DNA from: an uncultured Bacilli bacterium
GTDB lineage: Bacteria; Bacillota_I; Bacilli_A; RF39; UBA660
Direction: 5' to 3'
Length of the DNA: 64,000 bases
Assembly: GCA_949505625.1 (NCBI GenBank)
Contig: CATBQD010000001.1
Coordinates: 74,770 to 138,769 of the forward strand
Part shown: in pieces, positions 8,709-19,147 of the stretch
Layout: each line of letters begins with the position of its first letter
How positions within the stretch are numbered: the stretch's first letter is position 1
Position numbers and translations under genes: made by a program
Notes under the pieces: generated by a model
What the model was told of the DNA's origin: nothing
Database searches by the model: none
The model's input: only the letters and a program-made list of their open reading frames with translations

Positions 8709-9983
8709 ATGAGTAAAAAAAATGAAGCAACAGAAAATAAAAATATAAAAGAAATTATTGTAAAAATAGAAGGAAAAGAATGGGAAGATGCTTTAAATAA
8801 AGCTTATGAAAAAGCTAGTAAGAAAGTAAAAATCGATGGTTTTCGTCAAGGTCATGCTCCAAAAGAATTATTTTTAAAAAAGTATGGGAAATCATCTTTA
8901 TATATGGATGCAGCAGATTTATGCTTAGAACAAGCTTATATTAAAGCTTTTGAAGATCAAAAAGATGTTAGAATCGTAGCTGAACCTGATATTGCTTTAT
9001 CAGATGTAAATGATGAAGGAATAGAATTTAAATTTACTTTAACACTTAGACCAGAAGTAAAATTAGGAAAATACAAAGGACTTGGTGTAAAAAAAGAAAA
9101 AATAGATGTGACAAAAGAAGAAATAGATCATGCTATTGGACATATGAGAGAAAGATATGCTGAAAATGTTTTAAAAGATGGAGCAGTAGCAGATGGAGAT
9201 ATTGTAATTATTGATTTTGAAGGATTTAAAGATGGAGAAGCTTTTGAAGGCGGAAAAGCAGAAAACTATTCTTTAACAATTGGAAGTGGAACTTTTATTC
9301 CTGGATTCGAAGAACAACTAATTGGAATGAAATCAGGAGAAACAAAAGAAATTAATGTAACTTTCCCAGATGATTATCACAGTGAAGATTTAAAAGGAGC
9401 CCCTGTCGTATTTAAAGTTACTTTACATGAAGTAAAAGAAGTAAAAATTCCAGAAATTAATGATGAATTCTTTGAAGATTTAGGAATGGAAGGAATCGAT
9501 TCATTAGAAAAATTGGAAGCGCAAGTAAAGGAAAATATTTTAACTCATAAAGAAACAGAAGCAGATAATAAATATGTAGATGACTTATTAGAAGCAGCTG
9601 CTAAAAATGTAACAATTGATGTTCCAGATGTTATGATTGAAGAAGAAAAGAAACGTATGATTAAACAATACGAAGAAAATTTAAAAATGCAAGGAATTAC
9701 TTTAGAACAATTCTATCAATTTACAAATTCTGATGAGCAAGCTTTAAAAGATCAAATGCATGAAGAAGCAGTAAAACGCATTACATTTAGATTAATGTTA
9801 GAAGAAATTGCAACAGCAGAAAATATAAAAATAACAGAAGAACAAGCAGAAGAAGAGGCAACAAAATTAGCTGAGAAATACCAAATGAAGAAAGATGAAT
9901 TCTTGAAACTATTCGGTGGATTAGATATGGTAAAATACGATCTTGAAATGCGTGCAGCAATGGATGTTTTAAAGAGTGAATAA
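8709..9983 (+). CDS. tig: trigger factor
   Basis: 424 aa. It has the ribosome-binding motif GFRQGHAPK, a central FKBP-type PPIase (DFEGF.DGEAFEGG) and an acidic C-terminal arm. Confidence 0.95.
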   Translation: MSKKNEATENKNIKEIIVKIEGKEWEDALNKAYEKASKKVKIDGFRQGHAPKELFLKKYGKSSLYMDAADLCLEQAYIKAFEDQKDVRIVAEPDIALSDVNDEGIEFKFTLTLRPEVKLGKYKGLGVKKEKIDVTKEEIDHAIGHMRERYAENVLKDGAVADGDIVIIDFEGFKDGEAFEGGKAENYSLTIGSGTFIPGFEEQLIGMKSGETKEINVTFPDDYHSEDLKGAPVVFKVTLHEVKEVKIPEINDEFFEDLGMEGIDSLEKLEAQVKENILTHKETEADNKYVDDLLEAAAKNVTIDVPDVMIEEEKKRMIKQYEENLKMQGITLEQFYQFTNSDEQALKDQMHEEAVKRITFRLMLEEIATAENIKITEEQAEEEATKLAEKYQMKKDEFLKLFGGLDMVKYDLEMRAAMDVLKSE

Positions 9984-9984
9984 T

Positions 9985-10013
9985 TTGACAAAATAAAAAC
10001 AAAATGATAATAT
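9985..10013 (+). promoter_or_regulatory. promoter-like element nested just upstream of the tig terminator
   Basis: TTGACA-N17-TAATAT with TG at -15/-14. The predicted start falls inside the 5' arm of the following hairpin. Confidence 0.45.
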
Positions 10014-10014
10014 A

Positions 10015-10038
10015 AGCCCCAATAAAAGGGGGTTTTTT
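10015..10038 (+). terminator. intrinsic terminator after tig
   Basis: AGCCCC-AATAAAA-GGGGG followed by TTTTTT. It ends 2 nt before the ATG at 10041. Confidence 0.7.
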
Positions 10039-10040
10039 AT

Positions 10041-10628
10041 ATGCAAAGTATAGGTTATATACCAAATACATTTGAAGATAAGATGATTTATTGGTTGGAA
10101 GACAGAAGTATAATGGAAAGAGAAGCACTAGAAACTTTATCTGAGAATGAAATAAAAGTCATTGAAATGAAATATTATGAATTAATGAAATCTTCTGAAA
10201 TCGCACAACAGTTACATTTATCACGTATATGGGTAAATAAACTAGAAGAACAAGCACTTAGAAAATTAAGACATATTATTTTAAAGCAAAAAACAAATAT
10301 GATAGATTCTAAAACTGGAATGAGAGAAAATGATTTAGAAAATTTAGCGAGTTCTGTTTCTGGATGGCTAGAATGTCAATCAACAAATACAAGTTTTCTT
10401 AGGAAACGTCATGGAATATTGAGTCAATGGTTAAAAGATCTGATTCGATTCCAACTTACATCAGATGAAAGACAAATTCTTTTATGGTATCATCAAATTA
10501 AACCATATCCTGGTAAATTGAATTCAGATTATTATGAGACAGTAGAAGGCATTCATAAAAAAATATTAGGTTTTCTAACCAAAGATAATTTAATTTGCGA
10601 AAAAGCAAATTACAAAGTAAGAGTTTAA
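10041..10628 (+). CDS. sigma-70 region-4-like HTH protein (function unknown)
   Basis: LSENEIKVIEMKYYELMKSSEIAQQLHLSRIWVNKLEEQALRKLR resembles sigma-70 region 4. A weaker second copy begins at LTSDERQILLWYH. There are no regions 2 or 3. Confidence 0.5.
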   Translation: MQSIGYIPNTFEDKMIYWLEDRSIMEREALETLSENEIKVIEMKYYELMKSSEIAQQLHLSRIWVNKLEEQALRKLRHIILKQKTNMIDSKTGMRENDLENLASSVSGWLECQSTNTSFLRKRHGILSQWLKDLIRFQLTSDERQILLWYHQIKPYPGKLNSDYYETVEGIHKKILGFLTKDNLICEKANYKVRV

Positions 10629-10661
10629 ATACTCTTTTTTCTTTACACAAAAACAAATGTT

Positions 10662-10670
10662 TGCTATAAT
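10662..10670 (+). promoter_or_regulatory. extended -10 promoter element TGCTATAAT (priA)
   Basis: GTTTGCTATAAT lies 22 nt upstream of the priA ATG. Confidence 0.5.
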
Positions 10671-10691
10671 GATACAAGAATGGAGGATGTT

Positions 10692-12863
10692 ATGATTGTA
10701 GATGTATTAATAGAAATTAAAGCACGACAACTTGTTCAAACTTTCACTTATTTGCTTCCTCCAGAATTAGAAGAAATCGTGTATGTCGGTTCTAGGGTAT
10801 TGGTTCCTTTTAATAATCGTAATCTAGAAGGTTTTGTATTAAAAAAATATCAATTACAAGAACAGCCACAATATGCATTAAAAAGTATAGCAGAAGTAAT
10901 TGATGATCATCCAGTTTTAAATGAAGAATTGTTAGAATTGGGAAACTATATTTCTAAAAAAACTTTATGTAATTTAATTTCGGCTTATCAGACAATGTTA
11001 CCAACTGCATTAAAAGCGAAAAGTGGTACAATAATTTCTAAAAAATATGAAACATATATTGTAATAGATAAAAATTGTGAAGTAAAAACAGAAAAGCAAA
11101 AACAAATTGTAAATTTAGTATTAGAAAAAGGGAAAGTGGCAAAAAAAGAATGTTCTAATATTTCAAGTTATGCTTTAAATACATTATTGAAACAGAATAT
11201 TGTAAAAGAAGTAAAAGAAGAAGTCTATCGTTTAAATGATAAAAATAAATCCGAGATAACAAGAGTAAAGTTAAATGAAGAACAACAAACAGTCGTAAAT
11301 GCAGTATTAGATAGTAAAAATTCTTTCACTCCTTTTTTACTTCATGGAATCACTGGAAGTGGAAAAACAGAAGTTTATATGCATATTATTGAAGAAATAT
11401 TGAAAGAGAAAAAAGAAGCTATTGTACTTGTTCCTGAGATTAGTTTAACGCCACAGATTGTGTCACTATTTCAAAATCGTTTTGGAAACAAAATTGCCAT
11501 TTTACACTCGCGTCTTAGTAATGGGGAAAAATATGATGAATGGAGAAAAATAGAACGGAAAGAAGTCTTTATTGTAATAGGTGCTAGAAGTGCTATATTT
11601 GCTCCCTTTACTAATTTAGGAATTATTGTAATTGATGAAGAACATACAGAAACTTATAAACAAGAAAATACACCAAAGTATAGTGCAATAGATGTTGCAC
11701 TTTGGAGAGCTAAATATCATCAATGTCCTGTAATTTTAGGAAGTGCCACTCCATCATTAGAAAGTTATACAAGAGCAAAAAGTGGAATTTATAAATTGTT
11801 AACGTTAAAAAATAGAATTTCAAAGCATTTACCACAAGTTTATTTGGTTGATATGAAAAATGAAATAAAAAAAGGAAATCGAATATTTTCTGAATTTTTG
11901 ACTCAAAAAATAACAGAAGCATTAGAAAAAAAAGAGCAAATTATTTTATTATTAAATCGAAGAGGATTTTCAACAATTATGAGTTGTAAAACTTGTGGAT
12001 ATGTAGAAAAGTGTCCAAACTGTGATATTCCCCTTGTGTATCATAAATCCCTTAATCGGTTAAAATGTCATTATTGCAATTACACAAAACATATTATGGA
12101 AAGTTGTCCAGAATGTAATGGAAAAGAAATCTCAACTTTTGGATTAGGTACAGAACGATTAGAAGAAGAAACAAAATCAAAGTTTCCAAATGCCAGAATT
12201 ATTCGAATGGATGTTGACACCACTTCTAAAAAAGGAGCACATGAAAGAATAACAGAAGCTTTTAGAAATTTTGAATATGATATTTTAATTGGAACACAAA
12301 TGATTGCTAAAGGACTTGATTTTCCAAAAGTAACAGTTGTTGGAGTTATGAATGGAGATGCCTCTTTAAATGTTCCTGATTTCAGAAGTGCGGAAAGGAC
12401 CTTTGCCCTTTTAAGTCAAGTGGCTGGAAGAGCAGGAAGAAAAGATTTAGATGGAACAGTGATTATTGAAGGATTTAATTTAGATCACTACAGTATTTTA
12501 AAAGCGAAAAATCATGATTATGAAGGATTTTATGAAGAAGAAATGAAACTTCGAAGAAAACTTTCTTATCCTCCATATTTTAATTTAGGATTGATAGAAA
12601 TATATGGAAGTGATTATTCTATTTGTGTAGAAGAAGCAAAAAAAATGGCTATTTACATAAAAGAGAATATTGGAAATAAGACGATTATCTTAGGGCCTAG
12701 TAATGCAATCATGCCGAAAATTAATAATATTTACTATATTCAGATTATATTAAAGTTTAAAAAAACCACGGATGTTCTAGGTACCTTGAAATTTATTCAG
12801 GAAAAATACAGAATGAATAAAAAAGTTCAAGTAGAAATTGAGTTAAATCCGATTCGATTATAG
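10692..12863 (+). CDS. priA: primosomal replication restart helicase PriA
   Basis: Walker A GITGSGKTE, DEEH box, and Cys-rich zinc motifs CKTCG..CPNCD and CHYCN..CPEC. The start is set at ATG 10692, which sits 5 nt after GGAGG. Confidence 0.95.
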   Translation: MIVDVLIEIKARQLVQTFTYLLPPELEEIVYVGSRVLVPFNNRNLEGFVLKKYQLQEQPQYALKSIAEVIDDHPVLNEELLELGNYISKKTLCNLISAYQTMLPTALKAKSGTIISKKYETYIVIDKNCEVKTEKQKQIVNLVLEKGKVAKKECSNISSYALNTLLKQNIVKEVKEEVYRLNDKNKSEITRVKLNEEQQTVVNAVLDSKNSFTPFLLHGITGSGKTEVYMHIIEEILKEKKEAIVLVPEISLTPQIVSLFQNRFGNKIAILHSRLSNGEKYDEWRKIERKEVFIVIGARSAIFAPFTNLGIIVIDEEHTETYKQENTPKYSAIDVALWRAKYHQCPVILGSATPSLESYTRAKSGIYKLLTLKNRISKHLPQVYLVDMKNEIKKGNRIFSEFLTQKITEALEKKEQIILLLNRRGFSTIMSCKTCGYVEKCPNCDIPLVYHKSLNRLKCHYCNYTKHIMESCPECNGKEISTFGLGTERLEEETKSKFPNARIIRMDVDTTSKKGAHERITEAFRNFEYDILIGTQMIAKGLDFPKVTVVGVMNGDASLNVPDFRSAERTFALLSQVAGRAGRKDLDGTVIIEGFNLDHYSILKAKNHDYEGFYEEEMKLRRKLSYPPYFNLGLIEIYGSDYSICVEEAKKMAIYIKENIGNKTIILGPSNAIMPKINNIYYIQIILKFKKTTDVLGTLKFIQEKYRMNKKVQVEIELNPIRL

Positions 12864-12904
12864 TACTTTTTGATAAATTGTGATAAAATGAGAAAGGTGA
12901 TAAT

Positions 12905-13870
12905 ATGGATTTAGAAAAAGTAAATGTTGAAAAAGATGTCAAGATTGTCTTTATGGGAACTCCTGAATTTGCTGTTCCTATTCTAAATGGAATACTAGAA
13001 AACTACCAAGTAAGAGCCATTATTACACAACCAGATAAAAAAGTAGGAAGAGAAAATAAGATTGTTTTTTCTCCAATAAAAAAAGTAGGAATAGAAAAAA
13101 CAGTATTAGTATTACAACCAAATAGTATTAAAGATGCAGTAGAAGAAATAAGAGTTTTAGGACCAGATTTAATAATTACTTGTGCTTATGGTCAAATTTT
13201 GCCATCTGAATTATTAAAAATACCAAGACTTGGTTGTATCAATGTACATGCTTCTTTGCTCCCAAAATTTCGCGGCGGAGCTCCAATTCATAGGGCGATT
13301 ATGGAAGGCGCAACAGAAACTGGAGTAACTATTATGTATATGAGCGAAGGAATGGATGAAGGAGATATCATTTCGCAAAAAAGTATTGCAATAGAATCAA
13401 CTGATACTGCTTCGTCATTACACAACAAATTATCAATATTAGGCAGAGATTTATTGTTAGAAACATTACCTTCTATTATAGCAGGTACAAATTCTAGAAC
13501 GAAGCAAGATAGTAATGAAGCTACTTATGGATTTGTGATTAGAAGAATTGATGAGAGAATTAGTTTTAGCAAGACAAAGCGTCAAGTTCATAACTTGATC
13601 CGTGGTTTATATAGTTGGCCTGGAGCTTATTGTTTGTATGAAGGAAAAATTATGAAAGTTTGGAAAAGTTATATTACTGAGAATTATTTTCCTGAAATGT
13701 TTGATGGTCAAATCACTGCAATTTATAAAGATGGATTTGGAGTTAAAGTGAGCAATGGAGAAGTTGTTTTTACAGAGGTGCAATTAGAAGGAAAGACAAG
13801 GATGAAAGCTATTGACTTTGTACATGGAGTAGAAAATAAAGAATCTTTGGTTGGAAAAGTTTTAGATTAA
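12905..13870 (+). CDS. fmt: methionyl-tRNA formyltransferase
   Basis: FMGTPEFAVP, NVHASLLPKFRGGAPI and a C-terminal Fmt domain. No def gene precedes it. Confidence 0.95.
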   Translation: MDLEKVNVEKDVKIVFMGTPEFAVPILNGILENYQVRAIITQPDKKVGRENKIVFSPIKKVGIEKTVLVLQPNSIKDAVEEIRVLGPDLIITCAYGQILPSELLKIPRLGCINVHASLLPKFRGGAPIHRAIMEGATETGVTIMYMSEGMDEGDIISQKSIAIESTDTASSLHNKLSILGRDLLLETLPSIIAGTNSRTKQDSNEATYGFVIRRIDERISFSKTKRQVHNLIRGLYSWPGAYCLYEGKIMKVWKSYITENYFPEMFDGQITAIYKDGFGVKVSNGEVVFTEVQLEGKTRMKAIDFVHGVENKESLVGKVLD

Positions 13871-13871
13871 T

Positions 13872-14576
13872 ATGATAAAGAAAATTAAAGAAAATGAATA
13901 TGTAAAATTAGTAAAAGAATTATTAGAAAATAGAAGAACAAGAGCTTTTGTAAAACTTGTTCTATGGGGGTTTTTCTTTCTCTTAATTTTTTCTATATTT
14001 GATGTACGAGGAACACATACGTCTAAAAAAGAAATATTGGATCCTAGAGAAAAATGGAAAGTAATGACAAATTATAAATCAGAAATAATTTTTACCATTA
14101 ATGAAGAAACTTATGTTTTAAATAGTTCACGAAACGGAGATTATGAAAAATTGACAATTGGAGAGGATATCTATTATCTAGAACAGGATTTTTTATATCA
14201 TCTAGAAGGATATGATAAAAAATTTATCAAAGAGACATCTTTATTAGGTTATGATTTATTAAAATTAAGACCAGATTTTCTAAATGAAATATTATTAAAT
14301 GGCAAACTAGAATATACAACCAATTATGAAGATGGTGAGCTTGTAAAAAAAGGGTATTCTATGAATACTGCAAAGTTTGTAGAACTTTATCATCAATCTG
14401 TGATTACTGATGATAGTTTTATTACAATGGAGGTAACTGAGAAGAATAATCAAATAGTAGAAATTGAGTTGGACTTAAAAGAAATGCAGAAATATAGCCA
14501 AATGATTATACAAACATATAAAATTAAAATTGTATATAAGGATTTTGGAACTGTATTTGTGAATGAAGTAGAGTAG
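13872..14576 (+). CDS. hypothetical membrane-anchored protein
   Basis: 234-aa ORF with one N-terminal TM helix (FVKLVLWGFFFLLIFSIF). I recognise no family. Confidence 0.45.
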   Translation: MIKKIKENEYVKLVKELLENRRTRAFVKLVLWGFFFLLIFSIFDVRGTHTSKKEILDPREKWKVMTNYKSEIIFTINEETYVLNSSRNGDYEKLTIGEDIYYLEQDFLYHLEGYDKKFIKETSLLGYDLLKLRPDFLNEILLNGKLEYTTNYEDGELVKKGYSMNTAKFVELYHQSVITDDSFITMEVTEKNNQIVEIELDLKEMQKYSQMIIQTYKIKIVYKDFGTVFVNEVE

Positions 14577-14587
14577 GAAGGGATTTT

Positions 14588-14890
14588 ATGGATTTAATTA
14601 TATTAGTTGTATTAATTGGGATCGTGGTATTTTTCTTTAAACAATTCAGCAGTTTTGTTTATTTTGTAATGATCGCAGATATTTTTTTAAGATTGATGCA
14701 TGGAATTGCAGGACTTTTAAAAATTGTAGAATTTACGAACTTCGTAGATAAATATATTCCTGCTTCTGTACCTGGAATCATTAATACATATTCAACAGGA
14801 ATTTTTAATACCTTGTTAATTTTGGGATATATTATTTTAGTTTCTATATTTGAATTTTATACGATTCGTATATTTTTCAAAAAAAGATAA
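14588..14890 (+). CDS. hypothetical small integral membrane protein
   Basis: 100 aa with 3 predicted TM segments and a GGAAGGGA RBS. Confidence 0.5.
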   Translation: MDLIILVVLIGIVVFFFKQFSSFVYFVMIADIFLRLMHGIAGLLKIVEFTNFVDKYIPASVPGIINTYSTGIFNTLLILGYIILVSIFEFYTIRIFFKKR

Positions 14891-14952
14891 TAATTGCAAA
14901 GAAAGGGTAGTAAAACTCTTTCTTTTTCCAGTATAATAGGAGGGAAACATTT

Positions 14953-15507
14953 ATGTATGCTTATTTAAAAGGAACTGTTACAGATATTGATAGTGGTTTT
15001 ATTGTTGTTGAAAATAATGGAATTGGCTATTTAATTTATACCGCGAATCCTTATTCATTTGAAATAGGAAAAGAAGTAAAGGTATACCTTTATCAATACA
15101 TTAGAGAAGATGAAGAGTCTTTATATGGTTTCATATCAAAAGAAGAAAAGGATTTATTTTTAAAACTTATTAATGTAAAAGGATTAGGATGCAAAATGGC
15201 GTTGCCAATGTTAGCGACTGGTTCTATAAATGGTATAGTTGATGCAATTGAAAGAGAAAATATTTTATATTTGAAAAAATTTCCGAAAATAGGAGATAAA
15301 GTTGCCAGACAGATTATATTAGATTTAAAGGGAAAACTGGTAAGTAACAATCAAACAGAAGAAGTAATTGTCAATGATGAGCTTGTAGAAGCATTAAAAG
15401 CACTTGGCTATAAACCGGTTGATATTAAAAAAATTATTCCAAAAGTGTCTAAAAATAATTCCATTGAAGAGCAAATCAAAGAGGCACTTAGATTATTATT
15501 AAAATAA
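14953..15507 (+). CDS. ruvA: Holliday junction DNA helicase subunit RuvA
   Basis: The N-terminus MYAYLKGTV..., the HhH motifs ([26 protein letters not shown]) and the position before ruvB all fit RuvA. Confidence 0.95.
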   Translation: MYAYLKGTVTDIDSGFIVVENNGIGYLIYTANPYSFEIGKEVKVYLYQYIREDEESLYGFISKEEKDLFLKLINVKGLGCKMALPMLATGSINGIVDAIERENILYLKKFPKIGDKVARQIILDLKGKLVSNNQTEEVIVNDELVEALKALGYKPVDIKKIIPKVSKNNSIEEQIKEALRLLLK

Positions 15508-15518
15508 GGAGGTCTTAC

Positions 15519-16523
15519 ATGGAAGAGAGAATTCTTACAAATGAACCATTAGAAGAAGATAAATTTGAGCAAAATATTCGTCCTGAGAAATTAGATGATT
15601 ATATTGGCCAAAGTGAAGTAAAAGAAAATTTAAAGATTTTTATAAAAGCAGCTTTGATGAGAGAAGAATCATTAGACCATGTATTATTATATGGGCCTCC
15701 AGGACTCGGAAAAACAACACTTGCATATATAATTTCTAATGAACTCGGAAGCAATATCAAAACGGCTAGTGGTCCAGCCATTGAGAAAAGTGGGGATTTA
15801 GCGGCTATTTTATCCAGCTTAGAACCAGGAGATGTATTATTTGTAGATGAGATTCATAGAATCCCACGTTTTATAGAAGAAATCTTATATTCAGCTATGG
15901 AAGATTTTACGTTAGATATTATTGTTGGAAGTGATTCCAGTAGTAGAAATATTAGAATTGATTTGCCACCATTTACTTTAGTTGGAGCTACAACTAGAGC
16001 GGGAGATTTAACAGGTCCACTTAGAGACCGTTTTGGTATTATTTCGAAATTAAATTATTATACAGTAGAAGAATTGACTGAAATAGTAAAACGAACAAGT
16101 AGGGTTCTTAATTCTCCAATAGAAGAAGATGCAGCAATGGAATTAGCGCGTCGCAGTAGAGGAACTCCTCGTATTGCTAATCGCCTATTTAAGCGAGTTA
16201 GAGATTATGCACTTGTTATGGGGAATGGAGTTATTGATTTAGAAATTACTTCATTAGCATTAAATAGATTAAAAGTGGATTCTTTGGGATTAGATGATAC
16301 AGATTATCATCTGTTAAAATCAATTATTGAAAAATTTAATGGTGGGCCAGTAGGAATAGAAGCAATTGCTTCTAGCATCGGTGAAGAACAGACAACCATT
16401 GAAGATGTTTATGAACCATATTTATTACAACATGGATTTTTGAAACGTACAAGTCGAGGAAGAATCGTCACAAGAAAAGCATATGAGCATTTGGGGATTA
16501 CATGTCCTGACAATATGGAATAG
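15519..16523 (+). CDS. ruvB: Holliday junction DNA helicase RuvB
   Basis: Walker [15 protein letters not shown], and the sensor region [10 protein letters not shown]. Confidence 0.97.
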   Translation: MEERILTNEPLEEDKFEQNIRPEKLDDYIGQSEVKENLKIFIKAALMREESLDHVLLYGPPGLGKTTLAYIISNELGSNIKTASGPAIEKSGDLAAILSSLEPGDVLFVDEIHRIPRFIEEILYSAMEDFTLDIIVGSDSSSRNIRIDLPPFTLVGATTRAGDLTGPLRDRFGIISKLNYYTVEELTEIVKRTSRVLNSPIEEDAAMELARRSRGTPRIANRLFKRVRDYALVMGNGVIDLEITSLALNRLKVDSLGLDDTDYHLLKSIIEKFNGGPVGIEAIASSIGEEQTTIEDVYEPYLLQHGFLKRTSRGRIVTRKAYEHLGITCPDNME

Positions 16524-16528
16524 TATAT

Positions 16529-17140
16529 ATGAAGCAGTTAAAAATAGAAGTTATAATAACTCCCATTTATGAAAAATTAAAATCAAAATATCAAATGTTA
16601 TATGGAGCTACTATAAAAAAGAATTCTATGGAAGCTCTGATTTTAGGAGAAATAGAAGAATTAAAAAACAAATTTACCTTAGAAGAGGCATTGTTATTTG
16701 CTAATACATTCTCTTATTTAAATATTGATTTAGTTTCACAAGAACAAAAATTAAAAAGAGAATTTATTTATTGTCATTTGACTTATTTATTTCCTAAGAA
16801 ATTGATTACATATTCTCCTTGGTTATTATGTTTGATATGTGATGCTGTTACAGAGAAAAATGTTCATTATACATTATTTTTAAAATTTTTGTCGGATGAA
16901 ACATGGATGAAGAAAGTATTTGAACATGTATTAATTATTGATTATCATTCTTCTTTGGTGAATCAATATAAAATCGATAAAGAAAGAATAAGGAGAGTTT
17001 TCCTTTTCTTGTGTAGAAGAATAGAAGATTCATTAAAAAATTATGATAGACAAATAGAGTTTACGGATTTAAAGAAAGAAATTTTCAAAATTATAAAATC
17101 ATATCAATCAACAGAGTTATATAAAAGGAGCGCGAGATAA
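16529..17140 (+). CDS. hypothetical protein
   Basis: 203-aa ORF filling the ruvB-queA gap, with a TAATG junction to queA. It has no obvious SD and I recognise no family. Confidence 0.45.
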   Translation: MKQLKIEVIITPIYEKLKSKYQMLYGATIKKNSMEALILGEIEELKNKFTLEEALLFANTFSYLNIDLVSQEQKLKREFIYCHLTYLFPKKLITYSPWLLCLICDAVTEKNVHYTLFLKFLSDETWMKKVFEHVLIIDYHSSLVNQYKIDKERIRRVFLFLCRRIEDSLKNYDRQIEFTDLKKEIFKIIKSYQSTELYKRSAR

Positions 17141-18165
17141 TGAAAACAGAAGATTTTGACTATGAATTACCAGAACATTTAATAGCACAAACGCCTCTTC
17201 AAAAAAGAGATGCTTCAAAAATGCTTGTTTTAGATAAAAAAACTGGAGAGATTGAACATCATATTTTTTCAGATATTTTGAATTATTTAAATGAAGGTGA
17301 TGTATTAGTTGTGAATGATACTAAAGTAATTCCTGCACGCCTTTATGGTGAAAAAGAAGAAACGAAAGCTATTATTGAATTATTAATGTTAAAAGATACT
17401 GGAAATGATATTTGGGAGTGTTTATCGAAACCAGCTAAAAGAATTAAAGAAGGAACAGTTATTTCTTTTGGAAATGGATTATTAAAAGCGGAATGCGTTG
17501 GTGTTGGCGAAGAAGGAATTCGTCTTATGAAATTCTATTATCAAGGTATTTTATATGAAGTATTAGATAGGCTTGGCGAAATGCCACTTCCTCCTTACAT
17601 TCATGAAAAATTAGAAGAAAAAGATCGTTATCAAACCGTATATGCCAAAAATTTAGGAAGTGCAGCAGCTCCTACAGCGGGACTTCATTTTACAGAAGAA
17701 TTATTGAAAAAGATAAAAGATAAAGGTGTTATTATTGTACCAATTACTTTGCATGTAGGATTAGGAACTTTTAGGCCTGTTAATGTGGAAGATGTAAAAT
17801 CTCATAAAATGCATAGTGAATTTTATGTAATGAGTAAAGAAACCGCCGATATTTTGACAAAAGCTAAAAAAGAGAAAAGACCAATTATTAGTGTAGGAAC
17901 TACTACCACTAGAACCTTAGAATCGATTATGTCTCTTTATGGAGAATTTAAAGAATGTAGTGGTTGGACAGATATTTTTATTTATCCTGGGTATCAATTT
18001 AAAGCAATCGATCATTTAATTACTAATTTCCATCTTCCAAAATCTACTTTGGTGATGTTAGTAAGTGCCTTAGCAGGAAAAGAATATATATTAAATGCCT
18101 ATAAGGAAGCTATAGAAAAAGAATATCGATTTTTTTCTTTTGGAGACAGTATGTTTATTAAATAG
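17140..18165 (+). CDS. queA: S-adenosylmethionine:tRNA ribosyltransferase-isomerase
   Basis: [36 protein letters not shown] and [11 protein letters not shown] are QueA signatures. Confidence 0.95.
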   Translation: MKTEDFDYELPEHLIAQTPLQKRDASKMLVLDKKTGEIEHHIFSDILNYLNEGDVLVVNDTKVIPARLYGEKEETKAIIELLMLKDTGNDIWECLSKPAKRIKEGTVISFGNGLLKAECVGVGEEGIRLMKFYYQGILYEVLDRLGEMPLPPYIHEKLEEKDRYQTVYAKNLGSAAAPTAGLHFTEELLKKIKDKGVIIVPITLHVGLGTFRPVNVEDVKSHKMHSEFYVMSKETADILTKAKKEKRPIISVGTTTTRTLESIMSLYGEFKECSGWTDIFIYPGYQFKAIDHLITNFHLPKSTLVMLVSALAGKEYILNAYKEAIEKEYRFFSFGDSMFIK

Positions 18166-18173
18166 GTGATTTT

Positions 18174-19136
18174 GTGCTAGAAAAAATTGTAGAGACTTAT
18201 TTAAGTAGTCATTCTTCTTCATTAAAAGAGCTAAAACTAATAGAAGATTTTGCCTTTATTTTTGTGAATAATCGTTATAATCTAAATATTGATTTTTACC
18301 CATTTAAGGATTATATTATTAAGTCAGACACATTAAATTATGTTCATGACTTTTTAGCTTCTATTGATATAAAGTATGCTCTTGAATTTGATTATGCATT
18401 AAACTCTAACAAAATTATTTTTGAAAAGGCAAAAAAGAAGAAGAAAGGAACATATCAATATGAAGTAATAGCTTCTTATACATTGAAAGACAGTTTTGAT
18501 CTTATTCATGTGTTTTTCAAATATTGGATGAATAAAAATGGAGTATTAAAAAAAGAAAATGATTATTTTATTAATACATTTATTCTTTTAACGGAATTTC
18601 TGTTTCAGGATTATTTAGAAAGTCTAAAATATAAAAATAAGGAACCTTATTATCAAAAGATGAACCGTTTTATTTATATAAATGTTTTTACTGTTCATAT
18701 GATTATGGAATTAAAATTGATTGAACTTTATCAGAAGAAGCATTCTTTAAGTTTGGAAACTTTTATTTCTGAATTAAAAGTTCATAATATTTCAAATGAA
18801 GAAATGCTTCCAAAGAATTGTCAAATCATGATAGATGATATTTTATCAATTGGTAGTTTATCACTTCCCTTTCATAAGAAATATTTATATAGTGTTTTAT
18901 TAGCTAGTTATATGCATGGGCAAATTTTAAAAGAGCCAAAGTTAATTCATTCTTTTTGTTATTTGATAGATCATCCAGAAAATATTAAAATTGAAGATTT
19001 TTTAAAAACGATTGGAATAAGTGTTCGCATCAAAGAGGAAAAAATTATTTTGAGTAAAGTAGGGTATCAGAAATTAAAGAAAAACTTCTTGGCAGAATTA
19101 GAGGATTGTTTTATTAGAGCAAATATAGATTTTTAA
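18174..19136 (+). CDS. hypothetical protein
   Basis: 320-aa ORF with a GTG start 4 nt after AGGTGA. I recognise no family. It sits where tgt follows queA in Bacillus. Confidence 0.45.
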   Translation: MLEKIVETYLSSHSSSLKELKLIEDFAFIFVNNRYNLNIDFYPFKDYIIKSDTLNYVHDFLASIDIKYALEFDYALNSNKIIFEKAKKKKKGTYQYEVIASYTLKDSFDLIHVFFKYWMNKNGVLKKENDYFINTFILLTEFLFQDYLESLKYKNKEPYYQKMNRFIYINVFTVHMIMELKLIELYQKKHSLSLETFISELKVHNISNEEMLPKNCQIMIDDILSIGSLSLPFHKKYLYSVLLASYMHGQILKEPKLIHSFCYLIDHPENIKIEDFLKTIGISVRIKEEKIILSKVGYQKLKKNFLAELEDCFIRANIDF

Positions 19137-19147
19137 GAGGTGGTAAA

